The position numbers and the translations under genes were made by a program. Below the pieces are notes generated by a model that saw only the letters and a list, made by a program, of their open reading frames with translations, searched no databases and was not told the origin of the DNA. This document shows, in pieces, positions 39,701-49,534 of a DNA stretch of 64,000 nt (position 1 is the first letter of the stretch; each line of letters starts with the position of its first letter). Source of the stretch: Sedimentisphaerales bacterium (GTDB taxonomy: Bacteria > Planctomycetota > Phycisphaerae > Sedimentisphaerales > SM23-30); the NCBI GenBank assembly GCA_963666285.1, contig OY762711.1; one strand, written 5' to 3'.

Positions 39701-41490
39701 CTGATATTGACCTTGGTGCCGGCCCAATAGGTGACGCCAGTACAGCTGATAATGCTCGTACAATTAATTTGACCAGATTGGCTATATGCAATTATCGCAA
39801 ACCTTCTGGCATCACCGGTATTGAGATATTCGGCCACACAAATGTCGAAGAAAATGGTGAGTTGGAATTATCTTGCCGGGCAGTCTTTGCCAGTGGTCTT
39901 GTTGCCGATATTACCGGTGGTTGTGAATGGGAACTGCTTGAAGGTTCCAAGGGAACGATGAACGGCTCTACGTATCTTGCTGATGCATTACAGGTCAGCA
40001 CAGAATCAGAGACTTATTTTGTCCGTGCATCATATACATATACTGATAACTTGTCGTCGCAAACATTTACAGCAGAGTATGCCGTTACAGTTGTACCTCA
40101 GATGTTGAGAAGTTATTGTAATGCATCTCCTGGCAGCGATGATATGTATGATGTTTATGATGTCTGGTATAAGTATACGCCTAAGTATAACGATACTGTT
40201 ACCATCTCCTTAAGAGGGACAAGTTGGGATACTGTATTAAATGTATTTGATGAATGTAATGGTAGTGTCATAGCGTGTAACGATGATATTACATATCCAT
40301 ATTATAATTCTGCCTCTGAACTGACAATGTCTATGGAAGGCGGTAAGAGGTACCTGATAAGAATTTCTGGTTATGGTGGCGCTACCGGTCCTTATACCAT
40401 GAAGATAACTGGTGGTGAAGGTGACGGCGTTGATATTCTTGAACTGCTTGGCGGTGAAGAGAAGTATATTATCGACGGCCAGACTGTTGATATGAAGATA
40501 ATTGCTACTGGTGGCGAAGATCCTTATCAGGGTTGGACTGTTGCTGCCAAGAGAGTTGCTGCTGATAAGTTCAATCCGCTAGGAGAGAGCAATTATGAAA
40601 AATGGATTGCTACTGCTCCATTACCGGGTCAGGGTAATCTGGAATCTGACGATGCATTCTATAGCTATACATTGCCATTTGAAAATGGATTCCCATTCTT
40701 CGGTAATACTTATAGTGATATTCGCATATGTACAAATGGTTTCATTGACCTTGGCGGCAGTGCAACGGTAATGCCTGATAATTCTGAAGCATTATTAGCT
40801 GCTAACACAATTATTGCACCGATGTGGGATGACCTTACATTAGAAGGTTTTGAAAATAATATCGAACTAGGTGTTGCAGAGGACCATGTAGTTATCAAAT
40901 GGATGGCCAAACAGGTTATCAATGACAACCCTTGTGCCTTTGCTGTTCAGTTGTTCAGTAATGGTGAAATTCAGTTCCATTATGGAAGTTCAAACTTGAA
41001 TACAACTCCGACTGTTGGTATTTCCGGTGGTGACGGTGTAAACACTATTCTTTATGCACCGTATACCTCAGATACCGGAATCAACTTAAATGATGTTGAT
41101 TCACTAAGGTACTTTGATGTATCGTTTACGGCTACCATTTTGCCACCTGGTTTGGGTCATACAATCAATGCTGATAGTGTTAGCATATCTGGTAGTGTTG
41201 ACAGGTCTCAGGCTATTATTGATCTGGATGAATATCCGGTTAGAATTCTTGTCAAAGATAGCGGCGATCCTGTTCGCAGTGTTGATAAGGTGATTACCTT
41301 TAAGTATGTCGATAGTTTCAGTATGGATATTCTTGAAGCCATGGCACTCAATTGGCTGGAAGTCGATTGTTTGGCTGACGATAACTGGTGCGACCAGGCT
41401 GACTTGAATGGTGACGGTATTGTTGATATCAACGATGTTGGTGTCCTTAGCTTTGGCTGGGTAACGAATGTTGCTCCTGCTGAAGAGTAA
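33736..41490 (+). CDS. Giant secreted double zinc metalloprotease: M6 (immune inhibitor A-like) + reprolysin-like domain, PPC-like repeats, NIDO-like domain, dockerin-like tail
   Basis: GGAGAGG RBS, signal peptide, QPDG..GDE propeptide, HELGHHILGLPDLYD..WCVMSGGSW..EYLLIENRQ (M6), second HELGHNMGCGH..TVMSY (metzincin), FPFFG..TNGFI..IAPMWDDL, tail ADLNGDGIVDINDV..W. Confidence 0.88.
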   Translation: MKTSSGRTFAKLHLIVACLLSTYLAANLSAMPVYPGLLNKTQPDGTAIQIRMKGDEFAKWLTDDQGYAVVQDSATRTYYYAQKAADGKLEATSFEVGKANPAASGLKLGITPDLTEAKKAAAKSRSEGVNIFKTKAPGAGGVQTVRNLVILAVFNDQYDSKNKTVMSGYGRPRIEYDALFNWDVPNLGVDPYNAAIGGSVRDYWLYNSYGKLNLESIVVDWVKLPEVETYYTDYPNDPAETRYAEMVANALTRVEADNTLNIDFSTIDIVTVVHSGWGAEGGYDPGVHSHKASYLFPIWVSQDGVGFSSYNTIPALSGVGLGNNEIIRIGVSVHELGHHILGLPDLYDTDYTSGGVGNWCVMSGGSWGFVDPAYPSHLSAPLKVSVGFIDPIELNIEDVTNPDALRVGQQELDFADQLLEELDEIENVRDVATFLEIFSRREWLSGPFLGEYTTDVDLFAELRAMISDIVPVRPPEEEDPENPIIDTDIAEVDAMLKELDKYGLLDNGIIGLYDYIVGSIDYFNNLYSEVNLAEEFEDDPLGTQLLLATWLVTFDENVEWAGEYYDIYLQQYYEASIAEVAEGDPDPVEAVLDIWRASLEAYRDEVYAQVYDPENLVLPDPQTTLGWGAYDIGLTATDNTACYKIYLENDNLAVRTQVSNGADITTAYGVFGAVDEDWWVLSKDKSCLASSSINFGGGSSGSAFFTGGTRAGLPFESGFMLSTGDCNKAKGPNKSAVMSSDNGAGKNADTGLFEIIKPEGVDEGDYPYVTYNAASVEYTMEKENMVVSFDAVFASEEYEDYTWPDDGSPPVVYRDYYAIVIDDEYVWHGQIILDYDPGVIYAPFSGVANINTGDENEPNTPADMLNLDLDSTKNSFYMPLVFSRDKSGVSRLMTDYYLSQNDGGEDEIALPRKLPSNIASLPYVGFNNKKVRSATPYYRGTTVDPVNMESVENKGFNLEYEAFTERISLAFDMNALRDQFPDEWENFSSRESHTIRIVIADFDSKARHEAEYHDNGCYGDTAIFIEAGSMHHTMYQAIDNRMGEYLLIENRQPVRRFTDIANTELEPGFEVGMPYGGLAIWHIDEAAAVNTNEGYPGQTSSSGYEWPWNGNHLGVALLQADGNFDLEANVNGSDGYDLFRAPDPTAQPQSVEDPVLSDYSVLNDFTSPNTKKYLWGCVAPTYNSISKISPAGNHMSFVFMEDGVYNDDFNRPLSINKFADFASNDSGVWWPGEATYDSTEWWKYTETGQVKEFDSGEFPDGLPGGHPRRDPDFIPDKYQIYGSTEYADIEWIPNTYDPFRWVHGPSCSPVDPIGSPYDAYGDTGKTVDLYALWYEFTAEKTGFVTIETCTAGFDTTISVYRDPNHIIELEKYNNLDSELGCNDDYPTGVPECAYASYLDFYMEEGESYLIRIGGYNNESGTFRMTIEYVDTPVNDEPIDAIVLQEGISVEGRTVGATGEDISSGGGNDFCDLWYKFTPAEADYYKVKVCDGKADLTVGAYVDSVGDCNPSDFIEVTFNDNCEDDPFQTCLNCSIDFPEDERFNTYSGLDDPQISVWMVPEETYYIRVAGSHDSFGEFIVTLARRPEGDDCVRAITATDFNVLGLVYQGTTASSRPSLAADYPYVSAPASKAGLSGDYVIDLLDETTVKPNKKYVKDNPDRVRYSFAQANLYLVKKAMAVRNDFDFQLDLFADTTIICEQEKLIKKGDQRFTWTGKVQGLPYSLVVISVVNDSVTGSLINVDGKNYTISSIPDGLVIVEEVAPTSEPNPAVVYDVSGLDYTPLAETKAPLIENGEVCDVMVLYTPTAKNIVSGVDAMESMIESFITTANMVYDNSNINLELRLVYSGQVDYVEAEGGDYLGDLAFGGIDGVSDLRDAYGADLVCMLVDPSMTSYAGVAYLPSDYSLDFDYLGYSVVDANPGYGLTFTHELGHNMGCGHAVDQYMQQGPGVFEYSSGWYVDADSTCTVMSYPDKDGDGFGDYNRIPYFSNPDIDLGAGPIGDASTADNARTINLTRLAICNYRKPSGITGIEIFGHTNVEENGELELSCRAVFASGLVADITGGCEWELLEGSKGTMNGSTYLADALQVSTESETYFVRASYTYTDNLSSQTFTAEYAVTVVPQMLRSYCNASPGSDDMYDVYDVWYKYTPKYNDTVTISLRGTSWDTVLNVFDECNGSVIACNDDITYPYYNSASELTMSMEGGKRYLIRISGYGGATGPYTMKITGGEGDGVDILELLGGEEKYIIDGQTVDMKIIATGGEDPYQGWTVAAKRVAADKFNPLGESNYEKWIATAPLPGQGNLESDDAFYSYTLPFENGFPFFGNTYSDIRICTNGFIDLGGSATVMPDNSEALLAANTIIAPMWDDLTLEGFENNIELGVAEDHVVIKWMAKQVINDNPCAFAVQLFSNGEIQFHYGSSNLNTTPTVGISGGDGVNTILYAPYTSDTGINLNDVDSLRYFDVSFTATILPPGLGHTINADSVSISGSVDRSQAIIDLDEYPVRILVKDSGDPVRSVDKVITFKYVDSFSMDILEAMALNWLEVDCLADDNWCDQADLNGDGIVDINDVGVLSFGWVTNVAPAEE

Positions 41491-41512
41491 ACCGACATAT
41501 AGTTAAAATATT

Positions 41513-41547
41513 AAAGGCAACCTCTTAATTGGGAGGTTGCCTTTTTT
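41513..41547. terminator. Bidirectional rho-independent terminator
   Basis: AAAGGCAACCTC-ttaattgg-GAGGTTGCCTTT-TTT. Confidence 0.85.
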
Positions 41548-41597
41548 AATGTTTGAAATTGTATGGTTTGTTATGTTAGCAAAACGTCTTTTGCTTT

Positions 41598-42494
41598 TTA
41601 TCCCTGGCAGGTTTTTATGGCTTCCTTGATTGCCTTTATATGTGCCGGGGTTGTGCCGCAGCATCCGCCTATGATGTTTGCCCCGGCCTCGATAATATCA
41701 GGCGTCATACGTGCCATATCTTCAGGGGTGTCTGGGAAGATATCAACGCCGTCGACATTTTTAGGTAGTCCGGCATTTGCGTGCACCAGTATCGGGGTAT
41801 CACCGGCCGCTGATCGCATTTGAGATACTATATCTATCATTCGCTCCATGCCGTTACCGCAGTTGGTGCCTATTATATCTGCACCGGCATCAATTGCGGC
41901 CTTGACCGCATCTTCCGGGCCTACACCCATCATACTGCGATATTCACCCTGAAGTGTACGTTCCAGCGTGTAAGTGTTTATAATGACTAGGTTTGTATTG
42001 TCTTTTGCCGCTTTTACTGCCAAGGATGCCTCATCAATTGCACTCATAGTTTCAATACAGACAGCATCAGCTCCTCCTGCTTCAAGGGCCATAGCTTGCA
42101 CTTTGAATGCCTCATACAGCTCTTCTTCTGTCACATCTCCCATCAGTAGCATTTTCCCTGTTGGTCCTATAGAGGCTATCACCCACTTGTCCTCTCCGGC
42201 CGCTTTCCGAGAGATTTCAGCGGCTTTCTCATTTAGTTCTGCTGTTCGATCAGCCAGGCCGTAATGCTCAAGCTTGAAACTGGTACCGCCAAAGCTGTTT
42301 GTTTCTATCATATCCGCACCGGCAGAAATATACTCTGACGCTACTGATAAAACATCATCAGGTCGCTCGGCACACCATAGCTCCGGGCATTCTCCGGGCT
42401 TCAGACCCTTTTGAAAGAGAAAAGATCCCCATGCTCCATCCGAAACCAGTAATTTGCCGCTTTTTACAACTTCTAATAGATTTTTTCTTGTCAT
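41598..42494 (-). CDS. Homocysteine S-methyltransferase domain protein (stand-alone MetH Hcy-binding module)
   Basis: DGAWGS..AGADMIETNSFG..SIGPTG..IETM..GTNC..ANAGLP..IIGGCCGTTPAHI (Zn-binding Cys triad). Confidence 0.92.
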   Translation of the reverse strand: MTRKNLLEVVKSGKLLVSDGAWGSFLFQKGLKPGECPELWCAERPDDVLSVASEYISAGADMIETNSFGGTSFKLEHYGLADRTAELNEKAAEISRKAAGEDKWVIASIGPTGKMLLMGDVTEEELYEAFKVQAMALEAGGADAVCIETMSAIDEASLAVKAAKDNTNLVIINTYTLERTLQGEYRSMMGVGPEDAVKAAIDAGADIIGTNCGNGMERMIDIVSQMRSAAGDTPILVHANAGLPKNVDGVDIFPDTPEDMARMTPDIIEAGANIIGGCCGTTPAHIKAIKEAIKTCQG

Positions 42495-42599
42495 TTTTGT
42501 CTCCTGTTATCTGGAAAGTAATTATAGATAACAGTTTAACAGTCGTCTAGGAAAATAAAGAAGCTGTGTGTGACAATGAATTTTCAGAGGTTGCCTTAC

Positions 42600-43151
42600 T
42601 TATGTCTTCCATTTGATATTGCAGCCCATGGAAGGCCTTTGCGGCTCAGGAACAGGCTTATTCTGAAGCAGGGCATCAACAGCTGCTGTCAGATCTTCTC
42701 CGGTTACTGGAATCTCAGATCCTGGCCGGCTGTCGCAGAACTGACCGCGATAAACCAGCTTATGAGAACTATCATACAGGAAAAAGTCCGGTGTACATGC
42801 TGCCTGGTAACTTTTGGCGACCTCCTGGGATTCGTCATAGAGATAAGGGAAGCTATAGTCGTACCTTACAGCGTCTTCTTTCATTTTTGCCGGACTGTCT
42901 TCCGGGTAGCTCTCTGCATCATTACTATTGATTCCTATTACAGACAAACCCTTAGCCTGGAACGATTTAACAGCTTCAACCAGCTTTTCCCTGATATGGA
43001 TTACAAATGGACAATGATTACACATGAAAATCACCAGCAGCGGTTTTCCTTCATAATCACTCTTTGAGATTATTTCGCCTGATATGTCCGGCAGGGCAAA
43101 ATCAGGTGCCGATGCGCCTAGTGGCTGCATTGTTGATAGTGTTTTTACCAT
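42600..43151 (-). CDS. Thioredoxin-fold/peroxiredoxin-like protein (AhpC/TSA family, PRX-like1)
   Basis: APDFALPD..FMCNHCPFV..YDESQEVA..AACTPDFF..YRG..PSMGCNIKW. Confidence 0.9.
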   Translation of the reverse strand: MVKTLSTMQPLGASAPDFALPDISGEIISKSDYEGKPLLVIFMCNHCPFVIHIREKLVEAVKSFQAKGLSVIGINSNDAESYPEDSPAKMKEDAVRYDYSFPYLYDESQEVAKSYQAACTPDFFLYDSSHKLVYRGQFCDSRPGSEIPVTGEDLTAAVDALLQNKPVPEPQRPSMGCNIKWKT

Positions 43152-43548
43152 GTTTATACCTCCATGGGATTATATGGTTTATTGTAGTTTTTTACCACAT
43201 TATAGCCATTTCTATGAAGTTAAATCCAAAACACAGTAGCTTTTCATCGTTTTTGGGAGGTATAGTACTGTATGTTGTGCATTTCAACACAATTAAAATT
43301 TGGAATCAGGCGGATAAATATTATTAAATAAAACAGACTTTTATTCGAGTTGAATCGTATCTTTTAATGGCTGGAAACCGACATTTTTTGTGTTTTGTAA
43401 TTTTGTGTTTTATAAAGACTTACGATAGTTAAAAACTGTTGATTTGCTGCTAGAATATGATTGCTGGATATAGGTGTTTCTGGTATAATTACGGGACTTT
43501 GAATAATAGAAGAAAGCTTACTGGAAATATTACGACAAGAGACCAATT

Positions 43549-46215
43549 ATGGCAGATGATAAAATAGAAAATTCACCTGAGGATCAGCATGATGACGATG
43601 ATCTGCAGGTGGCGGAAGGCCAGGATTTAACTGGCAGAGTTGAAGATCAGTCAATTCTTGATGAATTGAAGGATTCATATCTGAATTATGCGATGAGCGT
43701 TATTGTCAGTCGTGCTTTACCTGACGTTCGAGATGGTTTGAAACCATCCCAGCGACGTATCCTGGTAGCTATGAATGATTTGAACCTTGGACCTCGTGCA
43801 AAACACAGAAAATGTGCCAAGATTGCCGGTGATACCAGTGGTAATTACCATCCTCACGGTGAAGCGGTGGTTTATCCTACCCTGGTGCGTATGGGCCAGA
43901 AATGGAATATGAGCCAGACTTTGATCGACCCGCAGGGTAATTTCGGCTCGATTGATGGTGACCCGCCGGCTGCTATGCGTTATACCGAAGCACGTATGAC
44001 ATCAGCGGCCTCTGATATGCTCGTTGACCTCAAGCAGGACACAGTTAATTTCGTCGTTAACTATGATGAAACAATAACTGAGCCGGTGGTTTTGCCAAGT
44101 AAGTTTCCTAATTTACTTGTGAATGGCTCAACTGGTATTGCTGTTGGTATGGCAACCAGCATGCCTCCTCATAATCCGTCAGAGGTTTGCGATGCGTTGA
44201 TTCGTATGATTGATAATCCTCATTGTTCTCTGGCTGATATTATGGAAGTTTTGCCTGGTCCGGACTTCCCGACCGGCGGTGTTATTTGTGGCCGCAAGGG
44301 TATTATTGACGGATATAAGACTGGTCGTGGATTGTTAACACTACGCGGTAAAATACGTGTTGAAGATCGCAAACGCAAACAGGTTATTATTGTCGACGAG
44401 ATTCCTTATCAGGTTGTTAAAAGTAATATCGTTACCAAGATTGCAGAATGTGTTAATAGTGGTTTGATCCCGGAAATATCTGATGTTCGTGACGAATCTG
44501 ACCGTAACGGTTTGCGCATCGTTGTTGAACTTCGCAAAGATGCTGACTCGGATATTGTTATTAATCAATTGTATAAATATACTCAACTGCAGAATACTTT
44601 CAGTATTATAAATATTGCCCTGGTTAATGGGCGACCGCAAACCCTGGGTGTACTCGATTTATTAAGACTTTATATTGAACATCGCAAAGAGGTAATTACT
44701 CGCAGGACTATTTTCCTGTTGAAAAAAGCAAAAGCCAGGGCTCATTTAATTGAAGGCTTGCTATTGGCCTTGAGCGATATTGATGAAATAATCGAGATTA
44801 TCAAGGCTTCAGCCAGTCCGGCTGAGGCTAAAGCTAATCTTATGAAAAAGCCGCTGAAACTTATGGAGCATAATACGCTCAAGCGGCTGCTTCCTGAAGA
44901 GTTTGTTTCTGAAAAATCCTCTTCTGACCAATATTTGTCAGGTCCGCAGACTGATGCTATCCTGGCAATGCAGCTGCAGCGTCTGACAGGGCTGGAAGTT
45001 GAAAAACTCGCTAAGGAATTCGCTGGCCTGCTGGAAGAGATTGCCGGATACGAAGCTATCTTGAGCAACGAAAGTCTGCTCATGGATATCATTCGTGAAG
45101 ATCTTCAGGAAATGAAATCCAAGTATAGTGTACCTCGCAGAAGTGAGATCACAGATGCTGCCGGTATTGATTTTGATATCGAAGATTTGATACCGGACGA
45201 AGACGTTGTTGTAACTATTAGCCATAATGGTTATATCAAACGCATGCCGATTGATACCTATCGCAGTCAGGGACGCGGCGGTCGTGGTATCATGGGCGGC
45301 AGTGCCAAGGATGATGACTTCATCGAGCATCTTTTCGTTGCCAGTACCCACGCTTATCTTTGCTGTTTTACCAGCAAGGGCCGTTGCCACTGGCTGAGAG
45401 TATACAATATTCCTGAAATGTCTCGGCAGAGCAGGGGACGCAACCTTGCCAACCTGGTTGAGATGGCCAAGGAAGAAAAGATAACTGAGATTCTTCCTGT
45501 TAAGGATTTTGATGAAGGGTTCGTCATTTTTGCTACTCGCATGGGCTATATCAAGAAAACAGCTCTCAGTGCATATGGCAATATCCGTAAGGCCGGTGTT
45601 AATGCCATTACTCTCGAAGAGAATGACGACCTGATTGGAACACGCATCATCAAGGGCGGCGAAGATATTATTCTGGGAACTGCCAATGGTATGGCGATAC
45701 GTTTCAAGGAAGAAAATGTCCGGGAAATGGGCCGTACCGCTCGAGGTGTTCGTGGTATCAAGCTGAAAGGTAAAGATGAAGTGGTTGATATGGTTACAAC
45801 CGGTCAGGGCGAATCGCTTTTGACTGTGTGCGAGAAGGGCTTTGGTAAACGTACCGCTCTTGATGATTATCGTACTCAGGGTCGCGGCGGTAGTGGTCTT
45901 ATCAATATTAAATGCAGCGAACGTAACGGGCAGGTAATTGGTCTAAAGGCTGTTAGTGATGATGATGACCTGATGCTTATTAGCTCGCGTGGTATTATTA
46001 TGCGAACCGGACTTGAAGCCTTGCGTGATATCGGTAGAAACACTCAGGGTGTCAAACTTATTCGTCTGGATGAAGGTGACACTGTTGTTGCGGTTGCAAG
46101 GGTTGAAAAAGCGGAAGAAGACCCCGAAGACTTATCTGACGCAAGTGCTGAACCATCGGATACTGTTGAAACTCCTGAAAGTGACAACAATAGCGACAGT
46201 GATTCAAAAGAATAA
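43549..46215 (+). CDS. gyrA: DNA gyrase subunit A
   Basis: [21 protein letters not shown], catalytic AAMRYTEAR, GyrA-box QGRGGRG, beta-pinwheel repeats, acidic tail. Confidence 0.97.
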   Translation: MADDKIENSPEDQHDDDDLQVAEGQDLTGRVEDQSILDELKDSYLNYAMSVIVSRALPDVRDGLKPSQRRILVAMNDLNLGPRAKHRKCAKIAGDTSGNYHPHGEAVVYPTLVRMGQKWNMSQTLIDPQGNFGSIDGDPPAAMRYTEARMTSAASDMLVDLKQDTVNFVVNYDETITEPVVLPSKFPNLLVNGSTGIAVGMATSMPPHNPSEVCDALIRMIDNPHCSLADIMEVLPGPDFPTGGVICGRKGIIDGYKTGRGLLTLRGKIRVEDRKRKQVIIVDEIPYQVVKSNIVTKIAECVNSGLIPEISDVRDESDRNGLRIVVELRKDADSDIVINQLYKYTQLQNTFSIINIALVNGRPQTLGVLDLLRLYIEHRKEVITRRTIFLLKKAKARAHLIEGLLLALSDIDEIIEIIKASASPAEAKANLMKKPLKLMEHNTLKRLLPEEFVSEKSSSDQYLSGPQTDAILAMQLQRLTGLEVEKLAKEFAGLLEEIAGYEAILSNESLLMDIIREDLQEMKSKYSVPRRSEITDAAGIDFDIEDLIPDEDVVVTISHNGYIKRMPIDTYRSQGRGGRGIMGGSAKDDDFIEHLFVASTHAYLCCFTSKGRCHWLRVYNIPEMSRQSRGRNLANLVEMAKEEKITEILPVKDFDEGFVIFATRMGYIKKTALSAYGNIRKAGVNAITLEENDDLIGTRIIKGGEDIILGTANGMAIRFKEENVREMGRTARGVRGIKLKGKDEVVDMVTTGQGESLLTVCEKGFGKRTALDDYRTQGRGGSGLINIKCSERNGQVIGLKAVSDDDDLMLISSRGIIMRTGLEALRDIGRNTQGVKLIRLDEGDTVVAVARVEKAEEDPEDLSDASAEPSDTVETPESDNNSDSDSKE

Positions 46216-46238
46216 GATCTTTTTTTGATAACATTCCC

Positions 46239-46273
46239 AAAGGCCAGGTTGTATTTTCTTCCTGGCCTTTTTT
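46239..46273 (+). terminator. Rho-independent terminator after gyrA
   Basis: AAAGGCCAGG-N12-CCTGGCCTTT-TTT. Confidence 0.85.
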
Positions 46274-46413
46274 ATTTCTGTATATTAAGAGTGCAAGGAT
46301 AACAAGGAAGATTCATGCAATTATAATGATATATTGCATGAAAATAATATGATTATCCTAAACTGCTATAAGCTTAAAGTATTGTAAAACATCAAGCTCT
46401 AATGTACAGTAGA

Positions 46414-47607
46414 TTAAGCAAGTTGTATTTCGGTCTCTTTGACATCTTCTACTGCTATTTTATAAAGATGTTCATAACTATCCAGAAATGCCGTTACAAT
46501 TACAGGATCAAAATGTTTACCAGACTCTTCATTTATCATTGATTTTGCAACTTCCGGTTGAAAGGCTGCTTTATATACCCTGACAGATGTAAGTGCATCG
46601 AAAACGTCAGCTAATGCAGTTATTCTGGCTGCAAGTGGAATTTCATTTCCTTGGAGCCCGGCCATATATCCCTGGCCATTATACCTTTCATGATGATATC
46701 TGGCTATATCTACAGCCATTTTCAGGAATGATTCGCTTGACTTTTCATTTCGGATAGTTTTTTCAAGTGCTTTAGCGCCAATTATAACATGTTCTTTCAT
46801 CAGGTTGAACTCGTGGTCTGTTAGTCCACCGGGTTTTAGTAGAATTGAGTCTGGAATCCCAACCTTACCAATATCATGTAATGGGGTAGAACGATATAAA
46901 TTATCAAGGAATAGGTCGTCTATCTGGTCAGAATATTCGCTATTGTCTCTAAGCTGTCTGGCTATAATATCACAATATGATCGAAGCCGTATTAAGTGTT
47001 CACCTGTTTCAGGGTCGCGTGATTCTGCCAGGTTTGCTAAGGCAAAAACAGCGGCATCCTGTGTTCGTGAAATCTGTTCTGTTCTTTCCTTCACCATTGA
47101 ATCCAGGTGATTAACAACAAACCATTTTTCTGTTAATGCCAGGGCTATTTGACGTATTTCCGTTGGGTCGAAAGGTTTTTTCAAAATTAGCAATCTATCA
47201 TTTTGACCTAACTTGCTTATAGTCTCCTGCCAGCTATAATCTGAATATGCAGTGCATATAACAACTTGTAATCGAGAATCATGTTGCCAAAGATGTTGAA
47301 TTGTTTCAAGTCCGTCCCAGCCGGGCGGCATTCGCATATCGACAAAAGCTAATGAATATGGTTTGTTCTCACTCAAAGATTTTTTTAATTGCTCCAATCC
47401 ATCCTGTCCTTGAAATGCTGAATCTATTATATATTCCGGCATGACAAATGTGTTAGTCTCATTGTCTCCGAAAAGTGCTGCTTTTGCCTGATTCTTTTTG
47501 CTGGAACAACTGCTGATTTTAGGGCAGAGAATTTCTTTTATGTCATTATGTATTTTTTCATTGTCGTCAATGACAAGAATTCGTCTTGTCTGGTCTGAAA
47601 ATTTCAT
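46414..47607 (-). CDS. Response regulator with HD-GYP (putative c-di-GMP phosphodiesterase) output domain
   Basis: REC (ILVIDD..AFVDMRMPPGWDG..CTAYSD..KPF) + ETGEH..LHDIGKVGIPD..KPG.LT..HHER.NG.GY..ARI.ALADVFDAL..R.YK. Confidence 0.92.
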   Translation of the reverse strand: MKFSDQTRRILVIDDNEKIHNDIKEILCPKISSCSSKKNQAKAALFGDNETNTFVMPEYIIDSAFQGQDGLEQLKKSLSENKPYSLAFVDMRMPPGWDGLETIQHLWQHDSRLQVVICTAYSDYSWQETISKLGQNDRLLILKKPFDPTEIRQIALALTEKWFVVNHLDSMVKERTEQISRTQDAAVFALANLAESRDPETGEHLIRLRSYCDIIARQLRDNSEYSDQIDDLFLDNLYRSTPLHDIGKVGIPDSILLKPGGLTDHEFNLMKEHVIIGAKALEKTIRNEKSSESFLKMAVDIARYHHERYNGQGYMAGLQGNEIPLAARITALADVFDALTSVRVYKAAFQPEVAKSMINEESGKHFDPVIVTAFLDSYEHLYKIAVEDVKETEIQLA

Positions 47608-47643
47608 GTTGTTTTCCCTCGATGATGTTTATTCCCTGATTAG

Positions 47644-49092
47644 TTAATGTGTTTTACTTTCATTTACCAGTTTTAACGGCAGTCTTAGTTTGAAGTTTGC
47701 CCCTTTTCCTGTTCCATCGCTATGTACGCTGAGTTCGCCGCCCATTTCTTTGGCTGCCAGGGCGCCGCTGTGAAGCCCGAAACCATGTCCGTTTTTTTTG
47801 GTTGTAAAGCCATGCTGGAATATTTTCTTAAGATTTTCCTGAGATATTCCTTCACCATTATCTTGTACTTCTACACAGAAGAAATTATCCGAGGTTGAAT
47901 ATAGTTTTAGTTTTATCCACCTGTTTTCGTTATTGTTTGCTGAAGCAGCATATTTTGCATTGTTTATTAAATTTACTAGTATCTGCAAAACCTTCTGCTT
48001 ATCAATCATTACGGTATCAATGTCTTCAAGTTGTTTGATTAGTTCTACTTTATGACGGGTTAATGCTGCAGAATTGATATTGATTGCGTCTTCCACGATA
48101 TCTTGAAGTGATGTTTCAATCTGGAAGTTTGAAGATTTTGCATAATTCTGCTGAGTTGATATTACTTCCTTGATGTGATCAATATATTTCTTTAAGGCCG
48201 ATATTTTCTCAAGGATATTACTTTGCTGACCGCTAAGTTCACAGCCTACTTCATCGAGATATGGTAAGATAAACTTACCTTTCTCGTCCACATGAAAAAA
48301 GTCGCCAAGTTGGGATTTATTTTCATTTAATAATTGAACGATCTTTTGAATATTGTTTACCTCAAAACTTTCTACCTGCTCGGATATTAGATTGGCAGAA
48401 ATGTTTAAGCTGTTCAGTACATTGCCGACATTATGCAATACATCTGTCGCTACTTCTGCCATACCGGCACGGTGAGAGGCTTCAAGCAGATCTTTTTGTG
48501 CGTATTCAAGCTCTTTAGTTCGTTTGGCTATCTGCTTTTCCAGTCTTTCGTTATATTTTCTTACTTGTTCATCTTCTATTTGCCGTTTTACCATTTGTTG
48601 TTTTTGATCGGTAACAACACGGTCGGACAATACTATCATGTGGCATTGTGCCTGAAGCAGGTCAAATGAACTCAATAATTTTGCCTGGTTGTCAGGGAAG
48701 TTAACCAGGATTGGTTCCTTGGCTTCTTTTTCATCACGAGAAAATGCTATTTGTGCTGCCTGCCTTATCGGCATATCGTGAGGAAGTACCAGGAAATCAT
48801 AATTGTATATTGAGATGATTTTATAAGCAGGCCTTTTATAGAATATGGCATATCCAAAACGTTTAGCCAATACTTCATGAAAAAATTCTCTTGATAAAAC
48901 ACCTGTAATTTTGTTTTCCTTGGTAAGTATAACACCGGGTGTGTGATGGTTATCTCTGAAAATATCTGCGATTATTCTGCTTGGTGTGTCGTATTGTATC
49001 TGGCAATCGTGTAAAGTCAGATCTGATAGTGTTGACTCAATTGAAAGATATTCTAAGCCGCTTGTTTCATTTTGATTGAGAAATATAACCAT
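47644..49092 (-). CDS. Cytoplasmic sensor histidine kinase with N-terminal CBS-like region
   Basis: [19 protein letters not shown]-box; [30 protein letters not shown]; no TM seen; start uncertain (ATG 49092 versus TTG 49116). Confidence 0.88.
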   Translation of the reverse strand: MVIFLNQNETSGLEYLSIESTLSDLTLHDCQIQYDTPSRIIADIFRDNHHTPGVILTKENKITGVLSREFFHEVLAKRFGYAIFYKRPAYKIISIYNYDFLVLPHDMPIRQAAQIAFSRDEKEAKEPILVNFPDNQAKLLSSFDLLQAQCHMIVLSDRVVTDQKQQMVKRQIEDEQVRKYNERLEKQIAKRTKELEYAQKDLLEASHRAGMAEVATDVLHNVGNVLNSLNISANLISEQVESFEVNNIQKIVQLLNENKSQLGDFFHVDEKGKFILPYLDEVGCELSGQQSNILEKISALKKYIDHIKEVISTQQNYAKSSNFQIETSLQDIVEDAININSAALTRHKVELIKQLEDIDTVMIDKQKVLQILVNLINNAKYAASANNNENRWIKLKLYSTSDNFFCVEVQDNGEGISQENLKKIFQHGFTTKKNGHGFGLHSGALAAKEMGGELSVHSDGTGKGANFKLRLPLKLVNESKTH

Positions 49093-49534
49093 ACTCTTCT
49101 TTTCTCTGCGATGCAAATAACCATTTATTTTTCAAGCTGTCATATAAAACTACAATATTGTATTCGGTTACATATAAATGAAACTTAATATTTGCAATTG
49201 TTAATTTTAGGTTAGAATGGTTTTATTGGACTAAATATTGATGATTTGTTAAAGAGTGTCAAGATGCAGATTCTTAAGGATGGTAATTGCAGAGATGTTA
49301 GAATTAAAAGTATTAGATAAGGATAAGGCCTGGGGATGTTAATACATAACCTGATTTAATAATGTAAATTTCTATATTTGTCTGTGCTATAGCTATTGTC
49401 AGGAGCAGTTATTGTTAGTTTTACTTTTTTTGTATATGTTTTATATTATTTTAGAGCATATAAGGGATTTAGATGATCTAATGACGTTTAAATTTGTTCA
49501 TAAGCGTCTATAGTAGTTGATTTTAGTTCTTTTA

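Noticed and set aside
42570..43067. 165-aa + strand ORF
   Set aside because: Antisense shadow of the well-supported thioredoxin-fold gene
43549..46215. parC instead of gyrA
   Set aside because: GyrA-box QGRGGRG and a full pinwheel with acidic tail indicate gyrase
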